64,000 nucleotides of DNA, taken from the sequence record ON190025.1. One strand, written 5' to 3'. Positions 55,235 to 63,934 of the stretch are shown here, one piece after another. Both the position numbers and the translations under genes were made by a program. The notes below the pieces were generated by a model, which saw only the letters and a list, made by a program, of their open reading frames with translations, was not told where the DNA came from and searched no databases. Within the stretch, counting starts at the first letter, position 1. Every line of letters begins with the position of its first letter.

Positions 55235-55587
55235 TGAAAGGTTATATTGTTTCACTGTCTGGTGAAAACTTTGCAATCATCACACGTGATAACGCGACTG
55301 GTCAAGTTATCGAAGCAGGCAAGAGTGGTCTTGCAGTTGGTGACATCATCAACATCGACGAGTCTCGTATTGTCAAAGAGTTTGACATTGAAGTTCAGAA
55401 GATCGAAGGTGGACAACATTTGAATGTAAATGTTCTCAATCGTGATACTCTAATCGAAGCTCAAAAACACCCTGAAAGTTATCCACAGCTTACAATTCGT
55501 GTTAGTGGTTATGCTGTTCGATTCAACTCACTGACAACTGAGCAACAAAATGACGTGATCGCACGTACGTTCACTGATTCTCTTTAA
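55234..55587 (+). CDS. grcA: autonomous glycyl radical cofactor GrcA (T4 vs.6-like)
   Basis: [32 protein letters not shown]. Confidence 0.93.
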   Translation: MKGYIVSLSGENFAIITRDNATGQVIEAGKSGLAVGDIINIDESRIVKEFDIEVQKIEGGQHLNVNVLNRDTLIEAQKHPESYPQLTIRVSGYAVRFNSLTTEQQNDVIARTFTDSL

Positions 55588-55610
55588 CGAACATCTGAGA
55601 GTAATACACA

Positions 55611-56876
55611 ATGAGTCTAACTAACTGCCAACAAGGTGCAATGAATGCGTTTCTCGACTCTGATGGGCATATGACTATTTCTGGTCCCGCGGGTTCTGGT
55701 AAGACATTCTTAATGAAGTCTATTCTAGCGGCCCTTGACGCAAAAGGCAAGAACGTAGCAATGGTAGCACCAACTCACCAAGCAAAGAACGTGCTACACA
55801 AAATGACAGGTCGTGATGTATCAACGATTCACAGTCTACTGAAAATTCACCCAGACACGTATGAAGATCAGAAGCACTTCAAGCAAGCTGGTGATGTTGA
55901 AGGTCTAGACGAAATTGATGTGCTTGTGGTCGAAGAAGCAAGTATGATCGACAATGAGCTATACGACATCATGGGTAAAACAATGCCACGCAAGTGTCGC
56001 ATTCTAGGTGTTGGTGATAAGTATCAGCTTCAACCAGTGAAACATGAGCCTGGTATTATCTCACCGATGTTCACTAAGTTCAACACTTATGAAATGACTG
56101 AAGTTGTACGACAAGCAAAAGACAACCCGTTGATTCAAGTCGCAACTGAAGTACGTCAAGGTGAATGGCTACGCACTAACTGGTCAAAAGAGCTGCGTCA
56201 AGGCGTTTTGCACGTTCCGAACGTGAATAAAATGCTAGACACTTACTTGAGTAAAATCAACACACCTGAAGACTTGCTTGACTATCGTATTCTTGCTTAC
56301 ACAAACGATTGTGTTGATACGTTCAATGGTATTATTCGTGAGCACATTTACAACACGAGCGAACCATTTATCCCGAATGAGTATCTTGTAACACAAATGC
56401 CAGTTATGCAGTCAAACGGGAAGTACCCTGTTTGTGTCATTGACAATGGTGAAATCGTTAAGATTCTTGATGTTCGTCAGAAAACAATCGATGGTATGTT
56501 ACCAAAAGTAGACAACGAATCGTTTGATGTTGCTGTGCTAACTGTTGAGAAAGACGATGGTAATGTGTATGAGTTCACTGTTCTGTGGGATGACCTACAG
56601 AAAGAACGCTTTGCGCGTTACTTGATGGTTGCTGCTGGTACTTACAAGTCGATGCGTGGTAATACTAAACGCTACTGGCGTGCTTTCTGGGGCTTGAAAG
56701 AGCAGATGATTGAAACTAAGTCTCTTGGTGCATCAACAACTCACAAGTCACAAGGTACGACTGTTAAAGGCGTGTGTATCTACACTCAAGACATGGGATA
56801 CGCCGAGCCAGAGATTGTTCAGCAACTTGCTTATGTTGCACTAACTCGACCAACAGATTGGGCATTGTACAATTAA
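55611..56876 (+). CDS. dda: SF1B DNA helicase Dda
   Basis: GPAGSGKT, APTHQA, STIHSLL, EEASM, GDKYQL, TTHKSQG, YVALTR. Confidence 0.93.
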   Translation: MSLTNCQQGAMNAFLDSDGHMTISGPAGSGKTFLMKSILAALDAKGKNVAMVAPTHQAKNVLHKMTGRDVSTIHSLLKIHPDTYEDQKHFKQAGDVEGLDEIDVLVVEEASMIDNELYDIMGKTMPRKCRILGVGDKYQLQPVKHEPGIISPMFTKFNTYEMTEVVRQAKDNPLIQVATEVRQGEWLRTNWSKELRQGVLHVPNVNKMLDTYLSKINTPEDLLDYRILAYTNDCVDTFNGIIREHIYNTSEPFIPNEYLVTQMPVMQSNGKYPVCVIDNGEIVKILDVRQKTIDGMLPKVDNESFDVAVLTVEKDDGNVYEFTVLWDDLQKERFARYLMVAAGTYKSMRGNTKRYWRAFWGLKEQMIETKSLGASTTHKSQGTTVKGVCIYTQDMGYAEPEIVQQLAYVALTRPTDWALYN

Positions 56877-56889
56877 TTTCAAAAAGTAG

Positions 56890-56918
56890 TTGACAAAACG
56901 TGTGAGTGGCAGTAATAT
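56890..56918 (+). promoter_or_regulatory. early promoter
   Basis: TTGACA -17- TAATAT. Confidence 0.7.
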
Positions 56919-56954
56919 GTCACTCAACGCCTAACGAAACAAGAGAACAAAATC

Positions 56955-57278
56955 ATGAAATTCAAAATGCCGAAAATGCCTAACTGGCTTGACAACACTG
57001 TGATTCTCGCTCAAGAAGCTAAATCACACCCTCGTATCACTGCTGCTGTTCTTGTAGCTGTATTAGCACTTGGTTATGTCAGTTATACTCGTGTACCTGC
57101 AATTGCATCGTGTACATGGACTGCTGTAATCGATCAATCTGTACCATGGGATTTGTGGCGTCACAACATGTGGAACAATAACTGTCAATACTACAATGGC
57201 ACTCGTTGGATTGCATTAGAGAAAGTCATGGACGTTGGCGCAGGTTCTGCTGAAGAACTAGAGGAATTGGCTCTATGA
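56955..57278 (+). CDS. single-TM membrane protein
   Basis: TM ITAAVLVAVLALGYV; Cys/Trp-rich outer domain. Confidence 0.7.
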   Translation: MKFKMPKMPNWLDNTVILAQEAKSHPRITAAVLVAVLALGYVSYTRVPAIASCTWTAVIDQSVPWDLWRHNMWNNNCQYYNGTRWIALEKVMDVGAGSAEELEELAL

Positions 57279-57518
57279 TCTTAGCAACTGCTGAAGAAGT
57301 TCAAGAATACTTAGACAGAGCGCGTGCATGGTTATGCACGCCGTCTGGTAGAATGTTCAACGATTGTAAGTCTGTGGCTCGTACTGCATATGCAGAAGCA
57401 TTAGCAAACGTAGACGGTAAAACAATCTACAATTTGAAACAAAAGCGAGATTAATAGCAAATTCATATGAAATCATGTGAATAATGTGTTAAATTCCAAT
57501 AAATAAGAGTGATATATT

Positions 57519-58280
57519 ATGAGTATTGCAACTACATCTGGGCATCGCTTCGGCATGCTTGTTAAATCAATCACAACTGGCATCGAAGGTACGGTAATCG
57601 GTATCACACAGTGCATCGCAGGGTGTGAATTGCTTGAAGTTCGAGCAAAAGACGCTAAAAATGAAGTGAAAACTCATGTTTTTAGCTCGAAATTAGTCGA
57701 AATCGTCAATTCTAATCGAGTTGAAGAGTATGAAGCTATCTTCGCAGAGACAAATACTACAATGCCAATTCGTCTTGGTGATGAAGTTGAAGACACAGTT
57801 TCAGAAGCGAAAGGTATCGTAACTGAAATTCAATACTCAGTGAACGCAGCACCTAATGTGCTTTTGATTAAGCCATACGCAGAGCATGAAACGAATATTT
57901 ATGCATCTGCGCGGGTCATTAGCTGTAAGCAAACAGGTCACTCGATTCACGATAAGATCATCAACAATCGTCAAAAGCGTGAGCGTGATGAGCTTAAAGT
58001 GGAATTGCTGCAAAAAGCTCGATGCATGGCAACTGGCGCAACTGGCTTAGTCACTGCCATTTTCAATCAAGCAAACGGGACAATCTCGGTTGGTATTCAA
58101 CCCGTGAGTAAAGAAGGTCGACTACTCGATACTCATTATACCGATATTGAATTAGTCGAAATCATCACTGAAGAAGCAAAGAAAATCGTTCAACCTAAAG
58201 AGACAAAGCTCAAGAAAAGTGGCTCACTGCGCTCCCATGAACTGTCTTCATTGCGACGCAGTGGTATGCATACAGTGTAA
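57519..58280 (+). CDS. protein with three tandem small beta-barrel (SH3/KOW-like) repeats
   Basis: GMLVKSITTGIEGTVIGI / GDEVEDTVSEAKGIVTEI / LQKARCMATGATGLVTAI. Confidence 0.6.
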   Translation: MSIATTSGHRFGMLVKSITTGIEGTVIGITQCIAGCELLEVRAKDAKNEVKTHVFSSKLVEIVNSNRVEEYEAIFAETNTTMPIRLGDEVEDTVSEAKGIVTEIQYSVNAAPNVLLIKPYAEHETNIYASARVISCKQTGHSIHDKIINNRQKRERDELKVELLQKARCMATGATGLVTAIFNQANGTISVGIQPVSKEGRLLDTHYTDIELVEIITEEAKKIVQPKETKLKKSGSLRSHELSSLRRSGMHTV

Positions 58281-58331
58281 AACTAACAGCGCCATATTTG
58301 CACGTGTGCAACAAGCACAAGGAAGCACAAT

Positions 58332-58793
58332 ATGAAGTTCGCATTGTTAAGCTTGGCAATAATGCCATTGATTGCGAACGCACACGTACACGATGATTGG
58401 ATGACTGTTCATCGTGTTGATGTTCGCACACATGAGCCAATACACACTGCAAGCACGAACTCAGTCAATCGTCTTGCTGTGCTCACAATTGACTGTGATA
58501 AAGCAATCACGTTGTATGAAACGAGAGCATACCTGACCGCTGCAAAACCGGACGAAATCTGGTATTCACTAGATGGGAACCCATACGTGCGAGTCGAGAG
58601 TAATCAGTTACAACAACAATCATCTGTCACGACTTATCTTGGTAATAGTGATGATGTTATCGATACGCTCAAAACAGGAAATATGCTCGAATATGTTGTA
58701 AACAACGGGCACGGTGTGTCATACTCGTATCATTTTAGTCTACACGGCATGAATGATGCATATGACGCACTCGGTGAATTATGCAAGTGGTAA
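58332..58793 (+). CDS. exported protein with signal peptide
   Basis: MKFALLSLAIMPLIANA; W.V...D..T, LTIDC, FSLHGM..AY..L...C. Confidence 0.7.
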   Translation: MKFALLSLAIMPLIANAHVHDDWMTVHRVDVRTHEPIHTASTNSVNRLAVLTIDCDKAITLYETRAYLTAAKPDEIWYSLDGNPYVRVESNQLQQQSSVTTYLGNSDDVIDTLKTGNMLEYVVNNGHGVSYSYHFSLHGMNDAYDALGELCKW

Positions 58794-58797
58794 CAAA

Positions 58798-59313
58798 ATG
58801 AAAGTTATATTCTTGGACATAGACGGCGTTCTAAACAACGCTTTAGAAGTCGATGAGCACATGGACGTGCTATTGAATGGCGAGTATCAAGGGATTTATT
58901 CGCCTCGATGCGTCGACCGTTTAAATGATCTCATTAAAAGAACTGACGCACGCATTGTGCTTACAAGTGTGTGGCGTTGTGGTCTTAGTATCGATGAGAT
59001 CAATACAGTGCTTAATGATATGGGTGTTAATGGTGAATGTATCGGCAAAACAGATATGCTCGACCATCAATACTCATGGGCTTTTCGTGGTAATGAGATT
59101 CTTAAATGGATTCAAGACAATGAAGAGTTGCTTGGTAAGCGATACGACTTTCGAAGCTATGTCATCTTAGATGATGACACTGATATGTTGTTATGGCAAC
59201 GTCATAACTATGTAAACTGCGACCCTGAGATCGGTATGACGGATCGAGTAGTCGCAAAAGCTGCTGCAATACTTAATAACGCAATTTGTTCTGATGCAGG
59301 TCAAGAGTTTTAA
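58798..59313 (+). CDS. HAD phosphatase (Swiss-Army-knife RNA-repair type)
   Basis: IFLDIDGVLN, IVLTSVWR, RGNEI..W, YVILDD. Confidence 0.85.
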   Translation: MKVIFLDIDGVLNNALEVDEHMDVLLNGEYQGIYSPRCVDRLNDLIKRTDARIVLTSVWRCGLSIDEINTVLNDMGVNGECIGKTDMLDHQYSWAFRGNEILKWIQDNEELLGKRYDFRSYVILDDDTDMLLWQRHNYVNCDPEIGMTDRVVAKAAAILNNAICSDAGQEF

Positions 59314-59382
59314 AGTATTTGACACAAACAATAATAGATGTAATAATCTAATCTCAATCAATGACAAAATGGGGAGCCCAAT

Positions 59383-60408
59383 ATGTCACACGCAATCTTT
59401 ATCGGACGCTTTCGTCCATTCCACAACGGTCATCTATCTGCAATCACCCAAGCGTTCGAATCGCTTAATCTAGACAAGATGACTATCTTAATCGGTAGCT
59501 CTAATCGACATCGCTCAGTTAAAAACCCCTTCACGTTCGAAGAAGTACGTGATATGATGGGTATTGCTCTACCTGACGATATTCGAAGCAAAGTTCGCTT
59601 TGTACCACTAGGTGATTACGCGAAAGACGACGTTTGGCAGTCAAATGTTCGTTCTCATACAAAAGGTGCCACTCACATCGTTGGTTACGACAAAGACGAA
59701 AGCAGCTACTATCTCAAGCTATTCCCTGAGCTAAAACTATTTCAACCTGAACCAGTGAAGATGTATAACAGAGTTATCTCTGCAACTGACTTCAGAGAAC
59801 TGTACTTCAGCGAGATTCTACTGAACCACCCTGTTATGTCTGGTCTGATTCCCAAGCAAACAATGATGTTTCTTGACGATTGGAGCAAAACAGAGCATTT
59901 CACTGAAATGAAAGCTGAATACGATAGCTCAGTGCGCGAAATCGAGAAGTTTAAAGACTATCCCTACCAAGGTCACTTGAATATCGCGTGTGCTGACAGC
60001 GTTGTGATGTGTGCAGGTCATGTTCTTCTTGTCGAGCGTAAGTTCAACCCAGGCAAAGGCTGTTTAGCATTACCTGGCGGTCATAAGCACGAGAAAGAAA
60101 CATTCTTGTCTGCTGCGATTCGTGAACTGCAAGAAGAAACTAACATCAAAATCCCAGAGAAAGTCTTGCGTGGCTCTCTCAAAGGTGAGAAGATGTTCGA
60201 TAACCCTAATCGATCTTACCCTCACACTCGTATCACAATGGCATATCACTTCAAAGTGCAGCCAAACCCTGACAACACTTTCCCGAAAGTGAAACCAGCC
60301 GATGATGCTGTGTCTGCAAAATGGTATTCGTTGAGCGAAGTAATGGAAATGCAAGAACGTTTGTATGACGATCATTATCAAATCATTCAGTACTTCACTG
60401 GCATCTAA
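59383..60408 (+). CDS. natV: bifunctional NMN adenylyltransferase / Nudix ADP-ribose pyrophosphatase (NadM-Nudix, NatV-like)
   Basis: FIGRFRPFHNGH, KNPFT, ISATDFR, Nudix ALPGGH...E....AAIRELQEET, ADDA, DDH. Confidence 0.9.
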   Translation: MSHAIFIGRFRPFHNGHLSAITQAFESLNLDKMTILIGSSNRHRSVKNPFTFEEVRDMMGIALPDDIRSKVRFVPLGDYAKDDVWQSNVRSHTKGATHIVGYDKDESSYYLKLFPELKLFQPEPVKMYNRVISATDFRELYFSEILLNHPVMSGLIPKQTMMFLDDWSKTEHFTEMKAEYDSSVREIEKFKDYPYQGHLNIACADSVVMCAGHVLLVERKFNPGKGCLALPGGHKHEKETFLSAAIRELQEETNIKIPEKVLRGSLKGEKMFDNPNRSYPHTRITMAYHFKVQPNPDNTFPKVKPADDAVSAKWYSLSEVMEMQERLYDDHYQIIQYFTGI

Positions 60409-60444
60409 CTAACGGGGCAGTAATGCCCCTTTGAGGAAATTAAT

Positions 60445-60717
60445 ATGAGCATTAAACAATTAGCAAAAACTGAAGTAAACAATTACAACACTGCATACGT
60501 AGATGTATACAAAATTCGTGAAGATATGATTGCAAAGTACTCTGCTGCTCGTGCATGTGTTGAACGCGGCGATGGTACTATGAAAAACTGTACATTACGT
60601 CGTGAAATCTGTCGCGCTCTTGATAATTCTAGTGATTGGAATAAAGTTGCTAAGACTGATTCTGGTCGTCTATTGTATCAACGAGTGAAAAGCAATTCAC
60701 TAGAGAACTTTGTATGA
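60445..60717 (+). CDS. hypothetical protein
   Basis: GAGG SD. Confidence 0.65.
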   Translation: MSIKQLAKTEVNNYNTAYVDVYKIREDMIAKYSAARACVERGDGTMKNCTLRREICRALDNSSDWNKVAKTDSGRLLYQRVKSNSLENFV

Positions 60718-61064
60718 ACGCATACCGAATCAACACATCAATCGAAGATCTAGCAATAGTAAAAGGCGATTTGTTTGTTCAAAGTCCATTCAATGAACAT
60801 GAATATAAAATGGCTCGTCAACCCCAACGACCACCAATGCACATCGACTTGATTACTCAGTTTCATCATCTTTATAATGAAACGACTGCTACTGATGACG
60901 AAATCGCTGAATTGGTTCTAGAATGGAAGAATCAATTCAAAACACGAACCGAAGCATTGAATATGTTTCGCCAATCACTAATCGAACAGCGCCAATCGAT
61001 TGATGAACAAATCAAACAAACTACATCTACCATTGAACAATTACGTGAAAAGTTCGGAGAGTAA
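60714..61064 (+). CDS. hypothetical coiled-coil protein
   Basis: ORF track. Confidence 0.65.
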   Translation: MNAYRINTSIEDLAIVKGDLFVQSPFNEHEYKMARQPQRPPMHIDLITQFHHLYNETTATDDEIAELVLEWKNQFKTRTEALNMFRQSLIEQRQSIDEQIKQTTSTIEQLREKFGE

Positions 61065-61065
61065 T

Positions 61066-61692
61066 ATGCACGCATATGACTTAGTAAGAAAAATGCAAAA
61101 GGTTGTTGAGTCTTGCGAGACAATTGAACAACTACGCAATGCAAGAAAGTACCTCATGCGCTGTCAAGACTATGCACTCGATGGTGGCAATGATAGCTAC
61201 ATCACTACTATCATGGTTGAAGTTCAAGACCTCGATGAGCGAATCACAAATAAGATTGTTGAGTTGTCTGATACTCGTGGCATGAACGCTATCGAAACTG
61301 GCGTTATCAAAGTCGGCATCGATATTCATGGCGTAATTGATCAATCACCAGAGTTCTTCGCGCTGTTAAGCAAACTACCAGTTGAAGTGCATATCATCAC
61401 TGGCATTAAAGAAGAACTCGATACTGATGTACCAGATGACTTCGAGTATGATCACTGGTTTAGCATTCATCAATCATGTGAAGACGACGGCGTTGAAATC
61501 TTGTACGACGAGAAAGGTCGCCCATGGGTCGATGACGAAATCTGGAACAACAAGAAAGCTGAATACTGCCGTGAGAATCAAATCAATATCATGATCGATG
61601 ACTCACCAACGTATGCTAGATCCTTCGAAGGTCTTGATACTTTCTATCTACAACTAACCAATACTGTTCGTGATGAATGGAGACGCAAATGA
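61066..61692 (+). CDS. N-terminal helical domain plus HAD-like domain
   Basis: Start at 61066 after GGAG; GIDIHGVID, IITG, K...C, MIDDS. Confidence 0.7.
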   Translation: MHAYDLVRKMQKVVESCETIEQLRNARKYLMRCQDYALDGGNDSYITTIMVEVQDLDERITNKIVELSDTRGMNAIETGVIKVGIDIHGVIDQSPEFFALLSKLPVEVHIITGIKEELDTDVPDDFEYDHWFSIHQSCEDDGVEILYDEKGRPWVDDEIWNNKKAEYCRENQINIMIDDSPTYARSFEGLDTFYLQLTNTVRDEWRRK

Positions 61693-61874
61693 GAAATTAC
61701 GGCATCATTGACCGAGAAGGCAGATATCTACTTGTGCTAGACATTGACAATGATATAAAAGTCATGGCAATCTTTTCTGAAATCGAAGATGCAAATCGTG
61801 TGCTGTACAAATATGATTTCGATAAGCAAGGCTTTCGCGTAATTGAACTACAACCATTGGAAAAGAAACTATGA
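61689..61874 (+). CDS. hypothetical protein
   Basis: Start at 61689 after GGAG. Confidence 0.55.
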   Translation: MRNYGIIDREGRYLLVLDIDNDIKVMAIFSEIEDANRVLYKYDFDKQGFRVIELQPLEKKL

Positions 61875-62086
61875 ACGTATCAAATGTAATGTCACAACAC
61901 GCTGAAATTCAAGATGCACTTATTGCCATGCTCGACGATGAGTTCAACGGCAAAGGTCATATCGAATATGCAGATTACTTCGATGACGAACAACTATGGG
62001 AAGTGCAATACTTCGATGGTGAAACAGTACAAGAAGTCATTGTAACTACAGTCGCGCTCGAAAAATGGATGCATAATAACAAATGA
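61871..62086 (+). CDS. acidic hypothetical protein
   Basis: ORF track. Confidence 0.6.
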   Translation: MNVSNVMSQHAEIQDALIAMLDDEFNGKGHIEYADYFDDEQLWEVQYFDGETVQEVIVTTVALEKWMHNNK

Positions 62087-62295
62087 TACATGACATTATC
62101 ATCGAACATCGTCGCATCATGAACATAGTCACTGAGTTATGCCAACTCAAATCATATGAATTCATTGATGACATCGAGTACGATGAAGACAAACAAATAT
62201 TCTATGTCACTATCGCTGAAGAAACTCAAAACGGCACTGAATACATAGAATGTAAAATCACTCTGCAACTAGTAGAAAACTACTATAAGGCTTGA
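62083..62295 (+). CDS. acidic hypothetical protein
   Basis: ORF track; similar character to 61871. Confidence 0.6.
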   Translation: MIHDIIIEHRRIMNIVTELCQLKSYEFIDDIEYDEDKQIFYVTIAEETQNGTEYIECKITLQLVENYYKA

Positions 62296-62470
62296 CAATG
62301 AAATTACCAGAATACTTACAACACATCAAAGTAAACGAAAACGTAATTACAGTAGACTCAGCACGCGATAAAGCATTAGTCATCGATTACCTACAATCAA
62401 TCAAAGCACGATTCCATACTGTACAAAAGACAGTTAGCCGCTGCGAAATTCACGTCAAGAGAGCTTAATC

Positions 62471-62830
62471 ATGAAAGAACTACTTAAAACAATGAAAGAA
62501 ACTGAAGAAGCCATCGCAGCGAAGTTTGGTCTAGACCATCTATGGCACGGACTAGTAGACTGCACCGATGTGCTATTCACTTGCGATCTAGTAACTGACG
62601 ACGTGAAAGATATGCATACCGTCATTAATCAAATACGTGAGTTCCAATACGGCTTTGAAGACGCTAATGCATTAGAAGAAGGCGATTGCTATGCAGTAGA
62701 AGTTTACGGCACAAGCGTGTGGCTATCAACTGATAACAAATACATGTTGACTACTGCCGATGACGGAAGTGGCAATAGAGACTTCTATATCTTCGATATG
62801 AATAATCTCAGATCATATGAATTATACTAA
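62471..62830 (+). CDS. acidic hypothetical protein
   Basis: GAG SD; VEVYGTSVW. Confidence 0.65.
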   Translation: MKELLKTMKETEEAIAAKFGLDHLWHGLVDCTDVLFTCDLVTDDVKDMHTVINQIREFQYGFEDANALEEGDCYAVEVYGTSVWLSTDNKYMLTTADDGSGNRDFYIFDMNNLRSYELY

Positions 62831-62832
62831 AG

Positions 62833-62869
62833 AAAAGGGTTGACAGTTGTCAGCCCTTTCGCGTATCAT
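62833..62869 (+). promoter_or_regulatory. combined terminator and early promoter
   Basis: AAAGGGTTGAC-AGTT-GTCAGCCCTTT; TTGACA -18- TATCAT. Confidence 0.7.
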
Positions 62870-62899
62870 ACACATATCAAATCAAGAAAGGAAAACATT

Positions 62900-63073
62900 A
62901 TGATTGGACTATCTATTATCATCGCAGTATTCAGCGTCGTGCTAATGATAGACTCACACGAGCAAATCATGTCTAAAGAATACAGAAACTTTGTCTTGAT
63001 ATTCAATGCCATTTGCTGTATAGTCAATGTAGCTAACATGATTGTGATTCACAAATACGGAGTAACACTATGA
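62900..63073 (+). CDS. small two-TM membrane protein
   Basis: Start at 62900 after AAGGA; MIGLSIIIAVFSVVLMI. Confidence 0.6.
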   Translation: MIGLSIIIAVFSVVLMIDSHEQIMSKEYRNFVLIFNAICCIVNVANMIVIHKYGVTL

Positions 63074-63234
63074 GCTTGACAATACTACTAATGACACTTC
63101 TATGCTGTGCAATACTCACTGGCATGAGTATCTTCAGCTTTATAAGCAAACCTAGCTTCGTGAAACTAGTAATCACTGCTGTTCTAGGCTTTGTCTCATA
63201 TGTTCTACTACACGTAACGGCAGGCGCAATATGA
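63070..63234 (+). CDS. 54-aa two-TM membrane protein (not in the ORF track)
   Basis: Translated by hand: MSLTILLMTLLCCAILTGMSIFSFISKPSFVKLVITAVLGFVSYVLL...; ATGA coupling on both sides. Confidence 0.6.
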   Translation: MSLTILLMTLLCCAILTGMSIFSFISKPSFVKLVITAVLGFVSYVLLHVTAGAI

Positions 63235-63446
63235 ATCAAACTATCAAAGCAATATGCATCGACAATACTTCAACTCGTATCGATAAACCCGAACCACCAA
63301 GCGGCATTACTCTCGGCAAAGAATATGTTGTTCACATGTATAACGTAAACGAACATACAAACAAACCACCTATGATTCGTATTACTAATGACAACAACCA
63401 ACGAGCAAGCTATGTCGCTGCACGATTTAATCTAACAGTAGGATAA
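63231..63446 (+). CDS. DUF6501/SH3-like small protein
   Basis: AICID....ITLGKEY.V...IRITNDN...Y..ARF. Confidence 0.6.
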   Translation: MNQTIKAICIDNTSTRIDKPEPPSGITLGKEYVVHMYNVNEHTNKPPMIRITNDNNQRASYVAARFNLTVG

Positions 63447-63450
63447 ACTC

Positions 63451-63618
63451 ATGTTCGCACTATCAATCTTAATTCTGATTCTCACTACATATCTGTTTGT
63501 AACCGATAAATCAAAACGAACAGTTCCATTCGTGGCTCTGCTAATAACAACTGCGTTTAACTGTATCATTCAGTATTACCTAATTGATATTCTATCATTG
63601 AGCTTTAAACTATCGTAA
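63451..63618 (+). CDS. 55-aa membrane protein (not in the ORF track)
   Basis: Translated by hand: MFALSILILILTTYLFV... Confidence 0.55.
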   Translation: MFALSILILILTTYLFVTDKSKRTVPFVALLITTAFNCIIQYYLIDILSLSFKLS

Positions 63619-63734
63619 TGCAAACACTAATCAATCTACTAAACGATATACCTATCGGCTACATTATGCTTGTTCTATGTGCTCTAGCAGCTATAGCCGG
63701 TTGGTGCTTGAGCGATATATCAAACGATGACTAA
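63618..63734 (+). CDS. 38-aa membrane peptide (not in the ORF track)
   Basis: MQTLINLLNDIPIGYIMLVLCALAAIAGWCLSDISNDD; TAATG coupling. Confidence 0.5.
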   Translation: MQTLINLLNDIPIGYIMLVLCALAAIAGWCLSDISNDD

Positions 63735-63825
63735 AAACGCTTAGAATCGCTCTCACAGCGTCTCAGAGCATGGTACAGATACAAAGCTTTTTAATATATC
63801 GCACCATGCCTCGTTTAAATGCACA

Positions 63826-63934
63826 TGTGTATAAATCTGTGGATAATATGTGTATGAGATTGTGCATAAGTGTCTGAAATCTGTGTATAAAAACATGATT
63901 TAGCTGTGCATAAGTCTGTGGATAATGTGGATAA
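63826..63934 (-). repeat. co-oriented DnaA-box array (TTATNCACA on -)
   Basis: TGTGNATAA at 63826, 63838, 63861, 63882, 63905, 63917 and 63926, plus a 1-mismatch box at 63849. Confidence 0.8.

Noticed and set aside
316-63239. Many antisense and alternate-frame ORFs in the track (e.g. 5291-5797, 7684-8133, 17342-17800, 37233-37586, 50691-51053)
   Set aside because: They lie wholly within well-supported genes on the other strand or frame and lack SD sequences or motifs; shadow ORFs.
63830-63837. Late promoter TATAAAT(C) in the terminal region
   Set aside because: The last base mismatches, and it is part of a TGTGTATAA DnaA-type box with no ORF downstream in the window.
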